A DNA stretch of 64,000 nucleotides from Octopus bimaculoides. Its lineage: Eukaryota. Location: assembly GCF_001194135.2 (NCBI RefSeq), contig NC_068984.1, positions 24,988,999 to 25,052,998 of the forward strand. The letters are read 5' to 3'. Positions 52,354 through 64,000 of the stretch are shown in pieces. A program made the position numbers and the translations under genes. Positions within the stretch are counted from its first letter, which is position 1, and each line of letters begins with the position of its first letter. The notes under the pieces were generated by a model that ran no database searches, was not told the origin of the DNA, and saw only the letters and a program-made list of their open reading frames with translations.

Positions 52354-55300
52354 AGGAAAGAAAAAAAAGAAGGAAAGAAAAAAAATGGAAAGTTACTGAT
52401 GTACTGAGCCTCAGATCAGAGTCTTATTGTTTTGATCAGCTTGGTTCTTAGTTTTAATTATTCGATTACCAGCTGTCTACTGTAGTGTGCAGCAGTCCAT
52501 GCAACATTAAACTAATCACACTTAGGTGCATATCTTATAGGGAATTACATAAACTATAATTAGTAATAATAACAAAAACAACAACATTATTAATAGCAAT
52601 AGTAATAATGATAATAATAAAACTTAATTACCTGACATTAATTAAACATGACAAGATCCTTGAACTTTTCTATTGCTCTTCAATTTCTCATTTTGTAACT
52701 TATGTCTATAAGGAAATACCAGCTATAATATAAATAGGCTGATGAGCAGCTATTTTTTTTAATCTTTATCATCCAGTAGTGATATAGTTGATAATCCCCA
52801 GAGAGTTTCACATCTTCAGAAATAATCTTCAGAGATAATCATATCCTGAGATTCAGCCCACATGGTAGATAATTTCAATAAGACAAACATTCTTACACGG
52901 TGATACAAATTCCCTGTCATGATGACATGTTAGGAAAACTAGAAGTAAATAAAGACATTTTACAGTTGTCTTCTAATGTCAGGAAATAAATATGCATGCA
53001 ACGAGCTGTCAGCTGAAGTGCTTATCATTGATTGTAACATCACAGAATAAATTGCATTATTTGAAGTTACAGAAAAATCGTCATTTTAAAATAGATATGA
53101 TGATGGAGATGATGATATATTATACTGACAAATCTTGTGCATGTATGGCTTCATGTTGCTCTTAGTATCTATGCAGATGTATATATTCCTAAAGAATACA
53201 GCAATTAATGAAAGGAGGAAGTTCTATGGAGTCTTTAAAATTGCCTTTTAGCTGTATCTTCCTAGCTTTTAAGACAGAAGGATGTGATTTGAGGGAGATT
53301 TCACTGTCATTCCAAGCAGACGCTCTCACTGGTTTGAAACCCACTGTGAGATTTGTACTTGCAATTAAAATGCTGTAAAATTGACTGTGTCATCATGGAA
53401 TCAAACTTTAGTACATTCATTATGGAAAGGCATACAATCCTCTGTCTTTTCTATTCTCTAATACAATAGATTGTTTCTCTACAGTACTCTTATGCTCACA
53501 TATATTCAATACACCCATTTAACTCCTCACACCTCTCCTACCATATCAGCTATCATTGATCCAGTTGTGCTCATTTTTTCTTTCTATAGGAATTCCCTTC
53601 ACACATATTTCCACACCTCCTCCTAATTCAAAACAGCTCAAATTTAACACTGACCTGCTTTTTACCACGCACTATTCCTGTGCTGAAAAATCTAAAATTA
53701 GCACAAAACTAACCTAAGGAATACAAAAAAAAAAAAACTAGCCAAGTGACAAGTACCAGTCCTTCATGGTTGAATAAGAACAGTATTCAATAGAACAAAA
53801 GGCAACTGTTGGGCCCAGATATGATTTAAGGTCCAATCCCACTTGTGAGTGAACCTTGTGTATGATAGACTTAATCCACAACCTGGTTTGAAACTATTAC
53901 CTGGACCTTCAGGTGACCTTAGCAGAGTGCACTTTGTTACAAGCATTCAAGCTAGGTTGCCAACCAATAGATTACTCTTTTGGTTATGGCATTAAAAGAA
54001 AAAAAATTCACATTTATAAGCCTATCCCATCCAAATTAAATTAACAAAAAGACAGATGTAAAAAATTTCTGATAATAATGAATTGAAGTGTTAATTATTT
54101 AATCTAAGAAATAAAGTCTAATAAAAAAATAATAACATTTGAAAAGAACTGGGAGATAAAAATTTGTATTCTTGCCAACATCAAATTAAATCCAGTGTTG
54201 ACAAATAAAAAGGCATCAAACTTGGGGAATTGTTGCACATTGTTATTAAGAAGGAGACTAAATGTAACATATTTAGTTTTGTACCTCATAGTTCTGAATT
54301 AAAATGTCAGAATCAACTTTAGAGATTAAGTACTAGTAATATACTGATATTGACTTAATGAGATATACTATAAGCTGTGAAACCAAAACTCCTGTTCAGT
54401 AAAAATTACTTTCACTAAATGCACAACTTACAACAAATGGAGAGAATACTGTGATTTTGGCAAGATGAAAGAATCTCAATGCAGTCACTCAGCCTGAAGG
54501 AAACAGTAGCTAAATCTGGAAGAGAATGACTCAGAAGTTCTTAGCAGAGGGCTTAGGAAGTGAAAGATAGTATGAGTGATGAGAGAAATGATTTAGGTAA
54601 AGAGCAGATGATAATAACAAAGAAAAGGTGGTGGTGGGGATTCTATAAAGCCTGATATTTCAAATTTGAAAAAAAAATATTTAAAATTATTTTAATTGCA
54701 AAGACAGGAAGGGTTATAGTATAATTCATTTCTGTTTTGTTTGGTTTGGTTGAAACAGGGCCTAGTAGTGGCCAAGATACTGCCCCTCAATATAGTGACC
54801 TGAGAACACATTTAGAAAATTTGTGGGTGGAAGTTTTAGAAAGAATGACAATCTAAAAATAGGCTTTATTTTATCTGGCAGGAGCATTTAAATAGGAGAT
54901 ATGCTTCACATAAAAGAGTAAAGGATTGTTACTAACGAGCAGCATGTGTGTATGTAATTTGACTAACAATTTAAATAAACCACAACACATTTAGAATAAA
55001 TTATTGCTCATTTTCTGCCCTAATTAATTAGCATTCTTTTTCCTGGTGATGAATATTATGGTTGAGTAAAACTAGAGGAGAGAGATAATTTTTGGTAGCA
55101 TTTTTGATAGCAAATTTGTTTCTTGTGTTTTTTCCTGCTAGCATACAATGAATGGGCAATCACTTATAACTGGGGCATTATTTTACAGCTGGCTACCCTT
55201 CCTGTTGTTAAAACTCTTCTTTTCAAATTTTCAAATGTGCAGGGTTACTACAATCTCTTGACAGGAAAACATAAAGAAACATCACGTTCATATCTCAGCT

Positions 55301-55404
55301 CAGTGTCAAATGCAAGCATTCATACAGACGCACACACACATCCACCTACCTCTCCACACACACACACGTGTGTGTACGCACATCAATGTATATCATTACA
55401 TCAT

Positions 55405-56033
55405 GCGTTGGGCCATATGATATGCTTGAGAAGACCTGCTGAGTCAAGTAAAATCAATATCGTAGCAGTGGCCAGGTCCCTGACTGGTTCCCGTGCTGGT
55501 GGTACACAAAAAGTACCAACCGAACATGGCTGATGCCAGTACCCCCAGACTGGCTCCCATGCCGGTGGCACATAAAAAGCACCAACCGAACATGGCTGAT
55601 GCCAGTACCCCCAGACTGGCTCCCATGCCGGTGGCACATAAAAAGCACCGTCTAAACATGGCCGATGCCAATACCCCCTGATTGGCCCCCATGCCAGTGG
55701 CNNNNNNNNNNACTGGCTCCCATGCCGGTGGCACATAAAAAGCACCGTCTAAACATGGCCGATGCCAATACCCCCTGATTGGCCCCCATGCCAGTGGCAT
55801 GTAAAAAGTACTATCTGAACACGATTGATGCCAGGCCCGCCTGACTGGCTCCTGTGCCAGTGGCACGTAAAAAGCACCCACTATACTCTCGGAGTGGTGG
55901 CATTAGGAAGGGCATCCAGCTATAGAAACATTGCCAGATCAGACTGGAGCCTGGTGCAGCTACTGGCTCTCCAAACCTCAGTCGAACCGTCCAACCCATG
56001 CCAGCAAGGAAAACAGACGTTAACTGATGATGA
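55405..56033 (+). mobile_element. RTE-LINE 3' end carrying a 66-bp tandem array
   Basis: ORF end (YDMLEKTC*), at least five distinct units with a 66-bp period (GCCAGT/GCCAAT at 55535, 55601, 55667), then tail. Confidence 0.9.
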
Positions 56034-56704
56034 TGTGTTTTGTTCAGTTTCTGCCTTCCAAATTCATTGACAAGGTATTGATCAGTCCTGGACTTGCAGT
56101 AGAAAACATTTGCCCTAGCTTCCACACAGTGAGACTGAATTTGAAACCATATGATTTCAAAGTGAAATTCACAACCAACCAGCCATGCCCATGTCTTCAA
56201 ATGACTTAATCAAATTGTTATTTTACTGTATAAGAAATCAGGGTGAATGTAATAGTATGAATATGAATTCTTGACATGTCAATAAGCAGCAAAATCTCTT
56301 AAAATATTACATACAAGCAAAAAGTAAAGACAAGATTGTTATATCAAAAAAAGTTAATTGAATGCTTAGTTATGACGAGCTATTTAAGAGCTGACCAGAT
56401 AGCTCAACAGTAACAACAAACATACATAGAAGGGACTGAGAAAGGGGAAACACAGACAGAGATGCAATACAGCAGATCTAATCAATCTATAACAGAAAAG
56501 AAAATGCTAAAACAATGATGATGAAAAAGATGAGTTTAGTATATTTGTAGTTTAAAATTAAAGAACTAATACTTACATGAATCTCCAAATTTATAACACA
56601 GAGAAAAGAAGGAAGGAATGATTTTTACAAGTGTTTCCCCCAATGGTGTAAGCTGAATAAATAAGCTCTATGTGATAATCAACTTACCACAATATTTGCC
56701 CGGT

Positions 56705-56960
56705 TATTGATTGCTTATATCGATACAAGGAGTATTGATTGCTAACATAGGCACAAGGTAAGAAATATTAATTGTTAACAGAGGCACAAGGAAAAGTGTA
56801 TTGATGGCTAAAATAGACATGAAAAGATGAGTATTGATGACTAAGACAGACACAAAGAGAAGTGCACTGATGAGGTGAGAAGTATTGATTGCTGACATAG
56901 GCACAAGGTAAGGAAGGATTGATTGCTAATAGAGGCATAAGGAAAGGAATACTGATTGTC
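56705..56960. repeat. Diverged 33-bp minisatellite (GAGTATTGATTGCTAACATAGGCACAAGG..)
   Basis: TATTGAT-like cores at 56733, 56766, 56799, 56832 and 56865; related clusters at about 59070-59170 and 59400-59530. Confidence 0.85.
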
Positions 56961-57426
56961 AGCATCAGTAAAAATGTTGTGACGTAAATAATTCATGAGG
57001 ATAAAACAGTAAATGGTTTGACAAATAATATAACACATAAAATAGTTATGGAACTCCCCTTGATATATGTCAGTGTACTGCACTTCTTCAGTGGTAGATG
57101 TCTAATGATTTCTTACCAGCCTGTTCAATCATTTTTCATAATTTAACAGTTACCAGCAAAAAAATTTTAATCAGCAGTTTACAAGATTCAAATATGACAG
57201 ACGTTTTATTTCAATTTAATACTTAATACTGACCTTATAATTTCTTTTAGCATACTGGTATCTTCAACATCAGCCAAAGTATTGTGCTCTTAATATTTAG
57301 TACATCAATTCCAACATGACCATGACTTTTGTCACAGTAGCTGAAACCACTTCTGATATAATTTCATATAAAGTGTCTTAACAACTCTCACTCACCACCC
57401 TAACAAAAAAGAAAGGCACATGTATT

Positions 57427-57775
57427 CATCATCATCATTGTTTAACGTCCGCTTTCCATGCTAGCATGGGTTGGACGATTTGACTGAGGACTGGTGAAAC
57501 CGGATGGCAACACCAGGCTCCAATCTAATTTGGCAGAGTTTCTACAGCTGGATGCCCTTCCTAACGCCAACCACTCAGAGAGTGTAGTGGGTGCTTTTAC
57601 GTGTCACCCGCACGAAAACGGCCACGTTCGAAATGGTGTCTTTTATGTGCCACCCGTACAAGAGCCAGTCCAGGGGCACTGGCAATGATCTCGCTCGAAA
57701 CCCTACCAGGCCAGTCAGGCGGTACTGGCAACGGTCACGCTCAGGATGGTACATCTTATGTGCCACCCGAATAAC
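57427..57775 (-). mobile_element. Young RTE-LINE 3' end
   Basis: Near-identical to 36813-37110. Confidence 0.9.
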
Positions 57776-57949
57776 ATATTTGCCAACTGCAGTTGTTTCA
57801 ACTCTAGGATCTATGGAATGCTTACTACATTCTCTCAATGAGTCTCACTTGTATTCATTCATCCTCATTGAATTCTCAACATCGAGACCCATTGTGAAAA
57901 TGATGCAGAAGTTTCAGAATAGGCTCAGCAGATTCTTTATACAACGGCA

Positions 57950-58310
57950 TAAAATATAATGTGTTTGAGATGAGATGTTTGTGGGCTATGGTTGGTGTGA
58001 CATGAATGGACAGGATGAGGAATGAGGAGGGGCAAAGGTAAGCAGGAATGGGAGAAAATCTAACAACCAGAATGGATAGCTGAATGTTGAGGTGGTTTGG
58101 CCATATGGAGATGATGGATGAGGAGTGGATAGTAACAAGGGTGATGACTGCAGGAGTGATAGGCAACGGAACCAGAGGCAGACTTCGGTTTGTGTGGATG
58201 GATGGAGTGAAGAAAGTTTTGGTGGTTAGAGGTGTTGGAGTGAGAGAGGCAAGAGAGTTTATTAATGATAGGGAAGCTTGGAGAATGTTTGAGGATGGAT
58301 GAGTGAATTT
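57950..58310 (+). pseudogene. RT C-terminal fragment of a second RTE family
   Basis: LRWFGHMEMMDEEWIVTRVM..RGRLRFVWMDGVKK..DREAWR matches the RTE motifs LRWFGH.ERM, RGRPR..W.D.V and DR..WR. Confidence 0.8.
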
Positions 58311-60129
58311 GATTTTGCTCAAAGGGGTAAGGAACCAGCACAGTGCATTGGGGGTAAACCAGCATATGCTGTCAGGTCCCACTGCTGATATCGGGGGTTG
58401 CGTTCTATGCCTTGACTCGAGCATAGGACGGGGCCCATCTCTTTGAGCTGGGAAATGAATAGAATACCTGGTGTGTGTCTTGTTGTGGCTAGTCCCTCCT
58501 AAAAGAATGGGAAATAGGCCTGGGTATGTATGTATATAAAACATAATCTATGATTTATTATCATCTTTCATATTTTGCTGGACCACGTGTCCTCTTGACA
58601 CTTCAGTTGAATCATTAGTGATAACCTCACTACTAACCTTTGATAACATATAAACTTTAACCCCTTCAGACCACTGCATTCATCACTAATTCTTAATTTC
58701 TTTATTTTTAGGACAACTGCAAATCATCTTAACTATGCTTCAACAAAGTCAAACGAAGTCAACACCAATTCTGATCCAGTCTGCAGCACCATTGTTAAGT
58801 GGTGAATAATATACAAAGATATATCAAAATAACAGTTCAACAATATCTGTATAACAGATACAATACTGTTCAATACAGCATGTACAGCAAATGATTCTGA
58901 TTGCCGTAAGTTAAGGTGAACTTCTACTTATCAATCCATAATCTGTATATCATTGATTGTTCGGCCATGTATCTTGAGCATATGCACATGCACACACATA
59001 TATATATCAGAAGAGGAGTACATGCACACTATCAGTTCTGTATTTCTCTATAACAGCTTCACAACAAGGAGTATTAATTGTTAACATAACCATAAGGAAA
59101 GGAATATCAATTGCTAGCATAGGAACAAGAAAAAGAGTATTGATTGTTAATATACACTGACATGGATAGCCAAGTCAGCACCTCAGGTAATATACAGTAA
59201 AAACATATAGTATGAAGAATCACAAAACTCACAAAATGCAGAAGGCTATTTTCATTGATAAATGTACTAGACAATTCAGTTACACACACACACACACACA
59301 CTCACTCATCCACCACTACATCATTTGTAATACAAATTGTGTTTCCTGTAGTTTTTTACTAATGACAAACTCACTGGTAAATATCATAGCTGATACCCTC
59401 TAATCAGTACTGCTAATATAGGAAAGAAAGGAGTATCGACTGCTTACATAGGCACAAGGGAACCAGTATTGATTTCACACGTTAGCACAAAGAGTATTGA
59501 TTTTGCATGCTGGCACAATGAGTATTGATCTCATGCACATGAGCAAGGCTTCAGGATTTGCAGGAGAAAGGAGAATTTGTGATGTTCATCTCTTTCCCTA
59601 AAGATTTTAATGGTATAAGAGTTATGAAATATATTGACATCAACCAAGAAAGAAACCAGTTTGTGGGTTTAGCCAAAAGTTCAGCTTTATGGTGTGCGCC
59701 TTAACAGCAGAGGTCAAATCTTAAGGACCATGATAGATAAATATCTCATATAAGTCAGTTGCTAATAATTTTCTCAGTAACTATTCCAGAAATTTTGATT
59801 TTATGCTATATGAGTCAAGCAACCACCTGGAAAGGCTCTCTCATTGGCTCTAGGCTGAAAGGGTGTGGTATCCAGCCACACAGTCTCTTTTTTGCAATAT
59901 ATGACCTCATTCCATTTATAGTTATAGATGATACGTTAATATGCAGTGTAATACCTGAAATAGATTTGGTCTCAAAATCAAAGATATAGTATTTGTACAT
60001 TTATCTCTCTTAACCATTCTGCTTCCAAAAAAGGCACTTTATATGTAAAAGTTGCCCAGGTAGAGTTATCAACTGCCTACAAGGACCCCTGAAATTGACA
60101 GCTGTTTACCTAGGTGACCCACTTAGCAG

Positions 60130-60560
60130 GAGAAGTAGTGGGTGTTCAAAAAAGCATCGAATAAGAACAGGGTAGAAAAAGTTCAGGGAGATATCTCTTC
60201 TGGCAACAAAAGGACTCCCTCTCTGAGTGAAGGGTTGATTATATGATTCCTGTGTACAAAATACTATTCTGCATAGCAGCAAAATAGAGACACTGACAGT
60301 GGGAGATATACAAAGGCTGGAAATAAATGAGGTGAGCATCATCTGCTGAATGTATAACGTTGCTGTGCAGGAACAATGGAGTACAAATGAGCTTTGGATG
60401 AAAGAGGATTCAGTTGTAGAGGACAAGAAGGAAGACTGTATTGGTACAGATGTGACGTGTATGAAGGATGAGAACTTCCAAGAGGAAAGGAGCTTGTGGA
60501 GGAAGAATACCAAGAAAGATGTGGGAAGAAGTGGAGATGACAAGAAACTGCAATAAATGG
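60130..60560 (+). pseudogene. Highly decayed RTE RT C-terminal fragment
   Basis: ILHSSKIETLTVGDIQRLEINEVSIIC*MYNV..STNEL and GACGGRIPRKMWEEV resemble the 28-kb copy. Confidence 0.65.
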
Positions 60561-60879
60561 CAGGACGCTATGGTGGAGAAGGCAAAGACACATCCAACAC
60601 ATACAAACATAGAAAAACAGATATATAATGATATGAATTGTGATTGCTATGAATTTAAATTAGGCAGATATAAAATAATCGATGAACCTACCAGACCACT
60701 AATTTATGAAAAGTTTTGTTTATAAACTAAGATCAATTCCAAATTAGTCCATCCACAATTATTCTAGTATCAATCTTTAGTTTTTATTGTAATACAAGTC
60801 ATGTTTGATCACACTGTTCTACAAACTAAATATAAATGGGATGAGATCATATATTGCAGAGAAAAGAATGTGTGGTTGG

Positions 60880-61097
60880 ATGCCACACCCTTCAACTAAG
60901 AGTCAATGAAGGAGCCTCTAGGTGATTGCTTGAGCTCCAAGAAATAGCAACCAAATCAAGCTCAACACACATTAGATAACAATGCTAACCTCAATACATC
61001 TATAAAAAAAAAAGAAAAGGAATGGTCATGGCCAGAATACCTTTTGATCATTGGTATATTTAGCCAGAGCTGACTTGAGCTAAACAGCAAAAAACAA
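60880..61097 (+). mobile_element. Third short interspersed family (core CTAGAAATAGCAGCCAAAT..CACATTAGATAA..GGTCATGGCTGGAAT..GCTAAACAAC)
   Basis: Recurs at about 18800, 27430, 44410, 48640, 62355, 62975 (+) and 9895, 14480, 32380, 53230, 61725 (-). Family identity unknown. Confidence 0.7.
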
Positions 61098-61419
61098 TCC
61101 ATAAAAATTAGAAAATGGTTTTGTTAAGACTAATGGTCAGCATGGTCATGAAATGCAAGAATTTTAAAATACATGGCTTATGTACACAGATACACACCAT
61201 AAAATATATGGTTATGTACACACTTCTTTGTATATATCAACATCACTATCATTATTTTAATGTCCACTTTTCAATGTTTGCATGGGTCAGCTGGAATTTG
61301 GTGAGGCAAATTTTCTATAATTGGATGCCCTTCCTGTCACCAATCCTCACTTGTTTCCAAGCAAAGTAAAATATTTTCCTATGGCCAGACATGTTAGTTA
61401 TGAAAGATATTACTTATAC

Positions 61420-61714
61420 CAGTGGTTCTCAACTAGAATCCATGGCTCCTTGTGGTCCATATGAGATTTTGGAAGGTCCACACAAGCAAAAATAGTAAAT
61501 TGGGTCCATGAAAAAATGTCTTAGATGTATTTATTGCAAGAAATTGATGTTCTACATAGCTCTGCCTATACAAGTGAATATGTAATAAACAAGGTAGGAA
61601 TTTTGAAAGAAGTCTCCATAAAACTAGTTTTTAGACATCGAATGGCAATAGGGATCCACCAGAGAAAAATAGTAATCAAAGTGGTCTATAGGAAAAAGTG
61701 GTTGAGAACCACCA
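61420..61714. mobile_element. hAT-Charlie-like MITE
   Basis: TIRs CAGTGGTTCTCAAC / GTTGAGAACCACCA; degenerate 8-bp flanks ACTTATAC vs GTTTATAT. Confidence 0.75.
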
Positions 61715-62609
61715 GTTTATATGATGGTGATTTGAGGGAGATTTCACTGTCATCTTTTGCAGGTCAAATGACCACACAGAGGTCATACAACCATTACATG
61801 ACGACAAGACAAGGGTGCACACACATAACCAACAGACTTCACACATAAAGTTTTGATCAACCCATGGCTATAATAGAAGACACTTGCCCAAAGTATTGCA
61901 CATGGAAAGCAAGCTTCTTAACTACATAGTAACGCTTTCGCCTATATACTTTCTTTGTATACAAAAGCTAGCATTTAAAATTAAATCTAAATGCAAACTT
62001 CTACGAACAAAGACGAAGGTTATGGTTGATTAAATCAAAGATATGTCTAGATCCTGTGCTGAAAAGTCAAGGAGTCACATACATTCAACAAATTTTGCTT
62101 ACAAAACTTTAGCTGATCTGAGGCCACAGTAGAGATATTTTGCCCAAAGTACCACATGGCGGTTGCAAATTTTGGCACAAGGCCAGCAATTTCAAGGGAG
62201 GGCTCAGCTGGTATTTATTTTATTGACCCTGAAAGAATGGAAGGCAAAGTTGACCCCTGTGGAATTTCAAGGTACCATATAATGAATCTAAGAATCACCT
62301 GGTCACAAAGCAAACTTGTAAACCACAACCACAAGAAAGTCTCTGCATAGTAGATCGCTTAGCTAGAAATAGCAGCCAAATTTCCTTCAAACTGTATACT
62401 CTACTGCTGTAAAAATAATAACGAAACATTACATAATGTAATCCTTAATATCCAGAATCTAGATAAATATGGTGTAATCAATGCCAGTACACCTTTGATC
62501 AAGTAGCTGTATGCATGGTCTGTAGCTAAGACTTAATTCCCACAGGGAATTCCATCTAACTGCATTAAGTACTACATTGTTACAAGTAGTAAGAGAACTA
62601 CATAATTAA

Positions 62610-62808
62610 CCCCTGTACTGTAGGCACAGGGCCTGCAATTTTGGTGGGGGAAGCTCGTCGATTACATCAATTTCAGTGTTCAACTGGTACTTATTTTATC
62701 GATCCCAAAAGATGAAAAGTGAAGTCAATCTCGACGGAATTTAAACGCAGAAATGCCACTAAGCATTTTGTTCGGCGTGCTAACGATTCTGCCGGTTCGC
62801 AGCCTGAT
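62610..62808 (-). mobile_element. tRNA-derived SINE (same head as 9556-9796, different tail) with 18-bp TSD
   Basis: AGAGAACT(A/G)CATAATTAA at 62592-62609 and 62809-62826. Partial copies at about 62163-62270 (-), 7160-7235 and 35140-35240 (+). Confidence 0.85.
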
Positions 62809-64000
62809 AGAGAACTGCATAATTAATGGGCAGCTTGCAGAACAGATTTATAGAACTCAGCTCTTCCAGAGTGTAGAAACGGTTTGTTGCAGGATGATTT
62901 ACCATTGTTGCACAGGATATGTAGTATCTTAACTATCCGTCTTTAACACATGTAACTACATGTCTATAAAGGTGCGACTGACAAGTCATTCAAAATGCTA
63001 GAAATAACAACATCCTACTGGTTTAGAAATGGGCACATTGGATAATGATGTCAAAGTTTACTAATATAGACGAATAGATAAATAAATAAATAAATATCGA
63101 TACTGCTATAGCCGGGACGGCATTTGATAAGCCTGCCTGTCTATTCTACCACGGCTGAAATGTAGCTAAACATTGCATACCTACATTAATATTTATTGTT
63201 TATATTTCCACAGGTAAATGTTGCACACGAAGCAATGCATAGCTTAAACTAAATGCACGAACACTAACACATAATCCAACTACATTTCATGTATGTAAAA
63301 TATATTTTACCGTATGTGCCAACTCATACCTTTATAATTACACATCACCAGCAGACATGCATCTTTCTGCACACAGACACAACCAACAAATATGCATAAC
63401 TTGAACCACCAATACTCACACACTCCCATACCAATATATGTGCTGGCATATGTTGAGATACTGATGCTATATTGCTATCTAATACACTAATATACATACT
63501 TCATGAGATATTTGAAATCTTATATCAAAACAAGAAGAAAAAAATCTGCTGTATACCCATAAATGTACATTTTTTTGTATCGCTTGTAGAATCGTACAGC
63601 ATCAACTATTAGAGTACATTTCATTTTATTCTACATGATAATGGAATTCCCTTTGCATGCAAACGCCTACAAGCAACGAACTTCAGAGAAGCGTTTTTAA
63701 AAAATCGATAGCGAAACGTTTAGAACTTCAGTGTCCCAAGTGGAAACACGTCGCTGTTTACTCCTGTGATTTATTTTTACTGTGTTCCCTAAACGTAGTT
63801 TAAAGTCACCCCTTTATTCTTTTTGCATGCATTAACTTATGGCTCAAGCTCCCGTCTAACTACTACTAGTAGCATCGTAATCAACTTGTAAATCAGTACT
63901 TTACGCAGCAGATACATGATTTTATTTTATTTATTTATTACTTTTTCCTTTCCCCGTCCATTTCCCTGCTTCGAATCTCTCTCTCTCTCTCTCTCTCTCA

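Noticed and set aside
55615-55800. Identical 87-bp unit on both sides of the 10-N gap
   Set aside because: Typical overlap of unmerged contig ends, so the unit count may be inflated by one; the covarying unit is counted once.
55470-55880. CRISPR-like look (palindromic repeat plus variable spacer)
   Set aside because: Eukaryotic context, no cas genes, linkers are short and related to each other, and the array lies within a LINE 3'UTR.

Overview
AT-rich, microsatellite-rich animal genomic DNA with seven N gaps. The repeat families resemble those I recall from Octopus (coleoid cephalopod); this attribution is inference, not a search result. The only host gene I can support is a minus-strand Na+/Ca2+ exchanger (NCX/SLC8 family). 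Its first coding exon is 4397-4110 and its second is 1770-1344 (TM1-TM5 and the alpha-1 repeat); the rest of the gene lies left of the window. A splice acceptor 42 nt upstream of the ATG implies an upstream non-coding exon, so much of the remaining ~59 kb may be 5' intron. That region is a mosaic of RTE-LINE 3' ends (over 20 copies, both orientations), at least three SINE-like families, CR1/L2 and RLE LINE fragments, decayed Tc1 (DD35E spacing) and maT (DD37D) transposons, hAT- and piggyBac-type MITEs, and simple repeats. I found no CRISPR, rRNA or genuine tRNA, and no clearly new multi-gene system. The best leads are RNA-structure ones: a covarying double-hairpin array in the RTE 3'UTR, a perfect 31-bp hairpin, a 69-bp-arm foldback and long inverted repeats that could be ADAR substrates. 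The NCX itself appears to lack both a signal peptide and the XIP motif. All coordinates and counts were read by hand; repeat boundaries are approximate.
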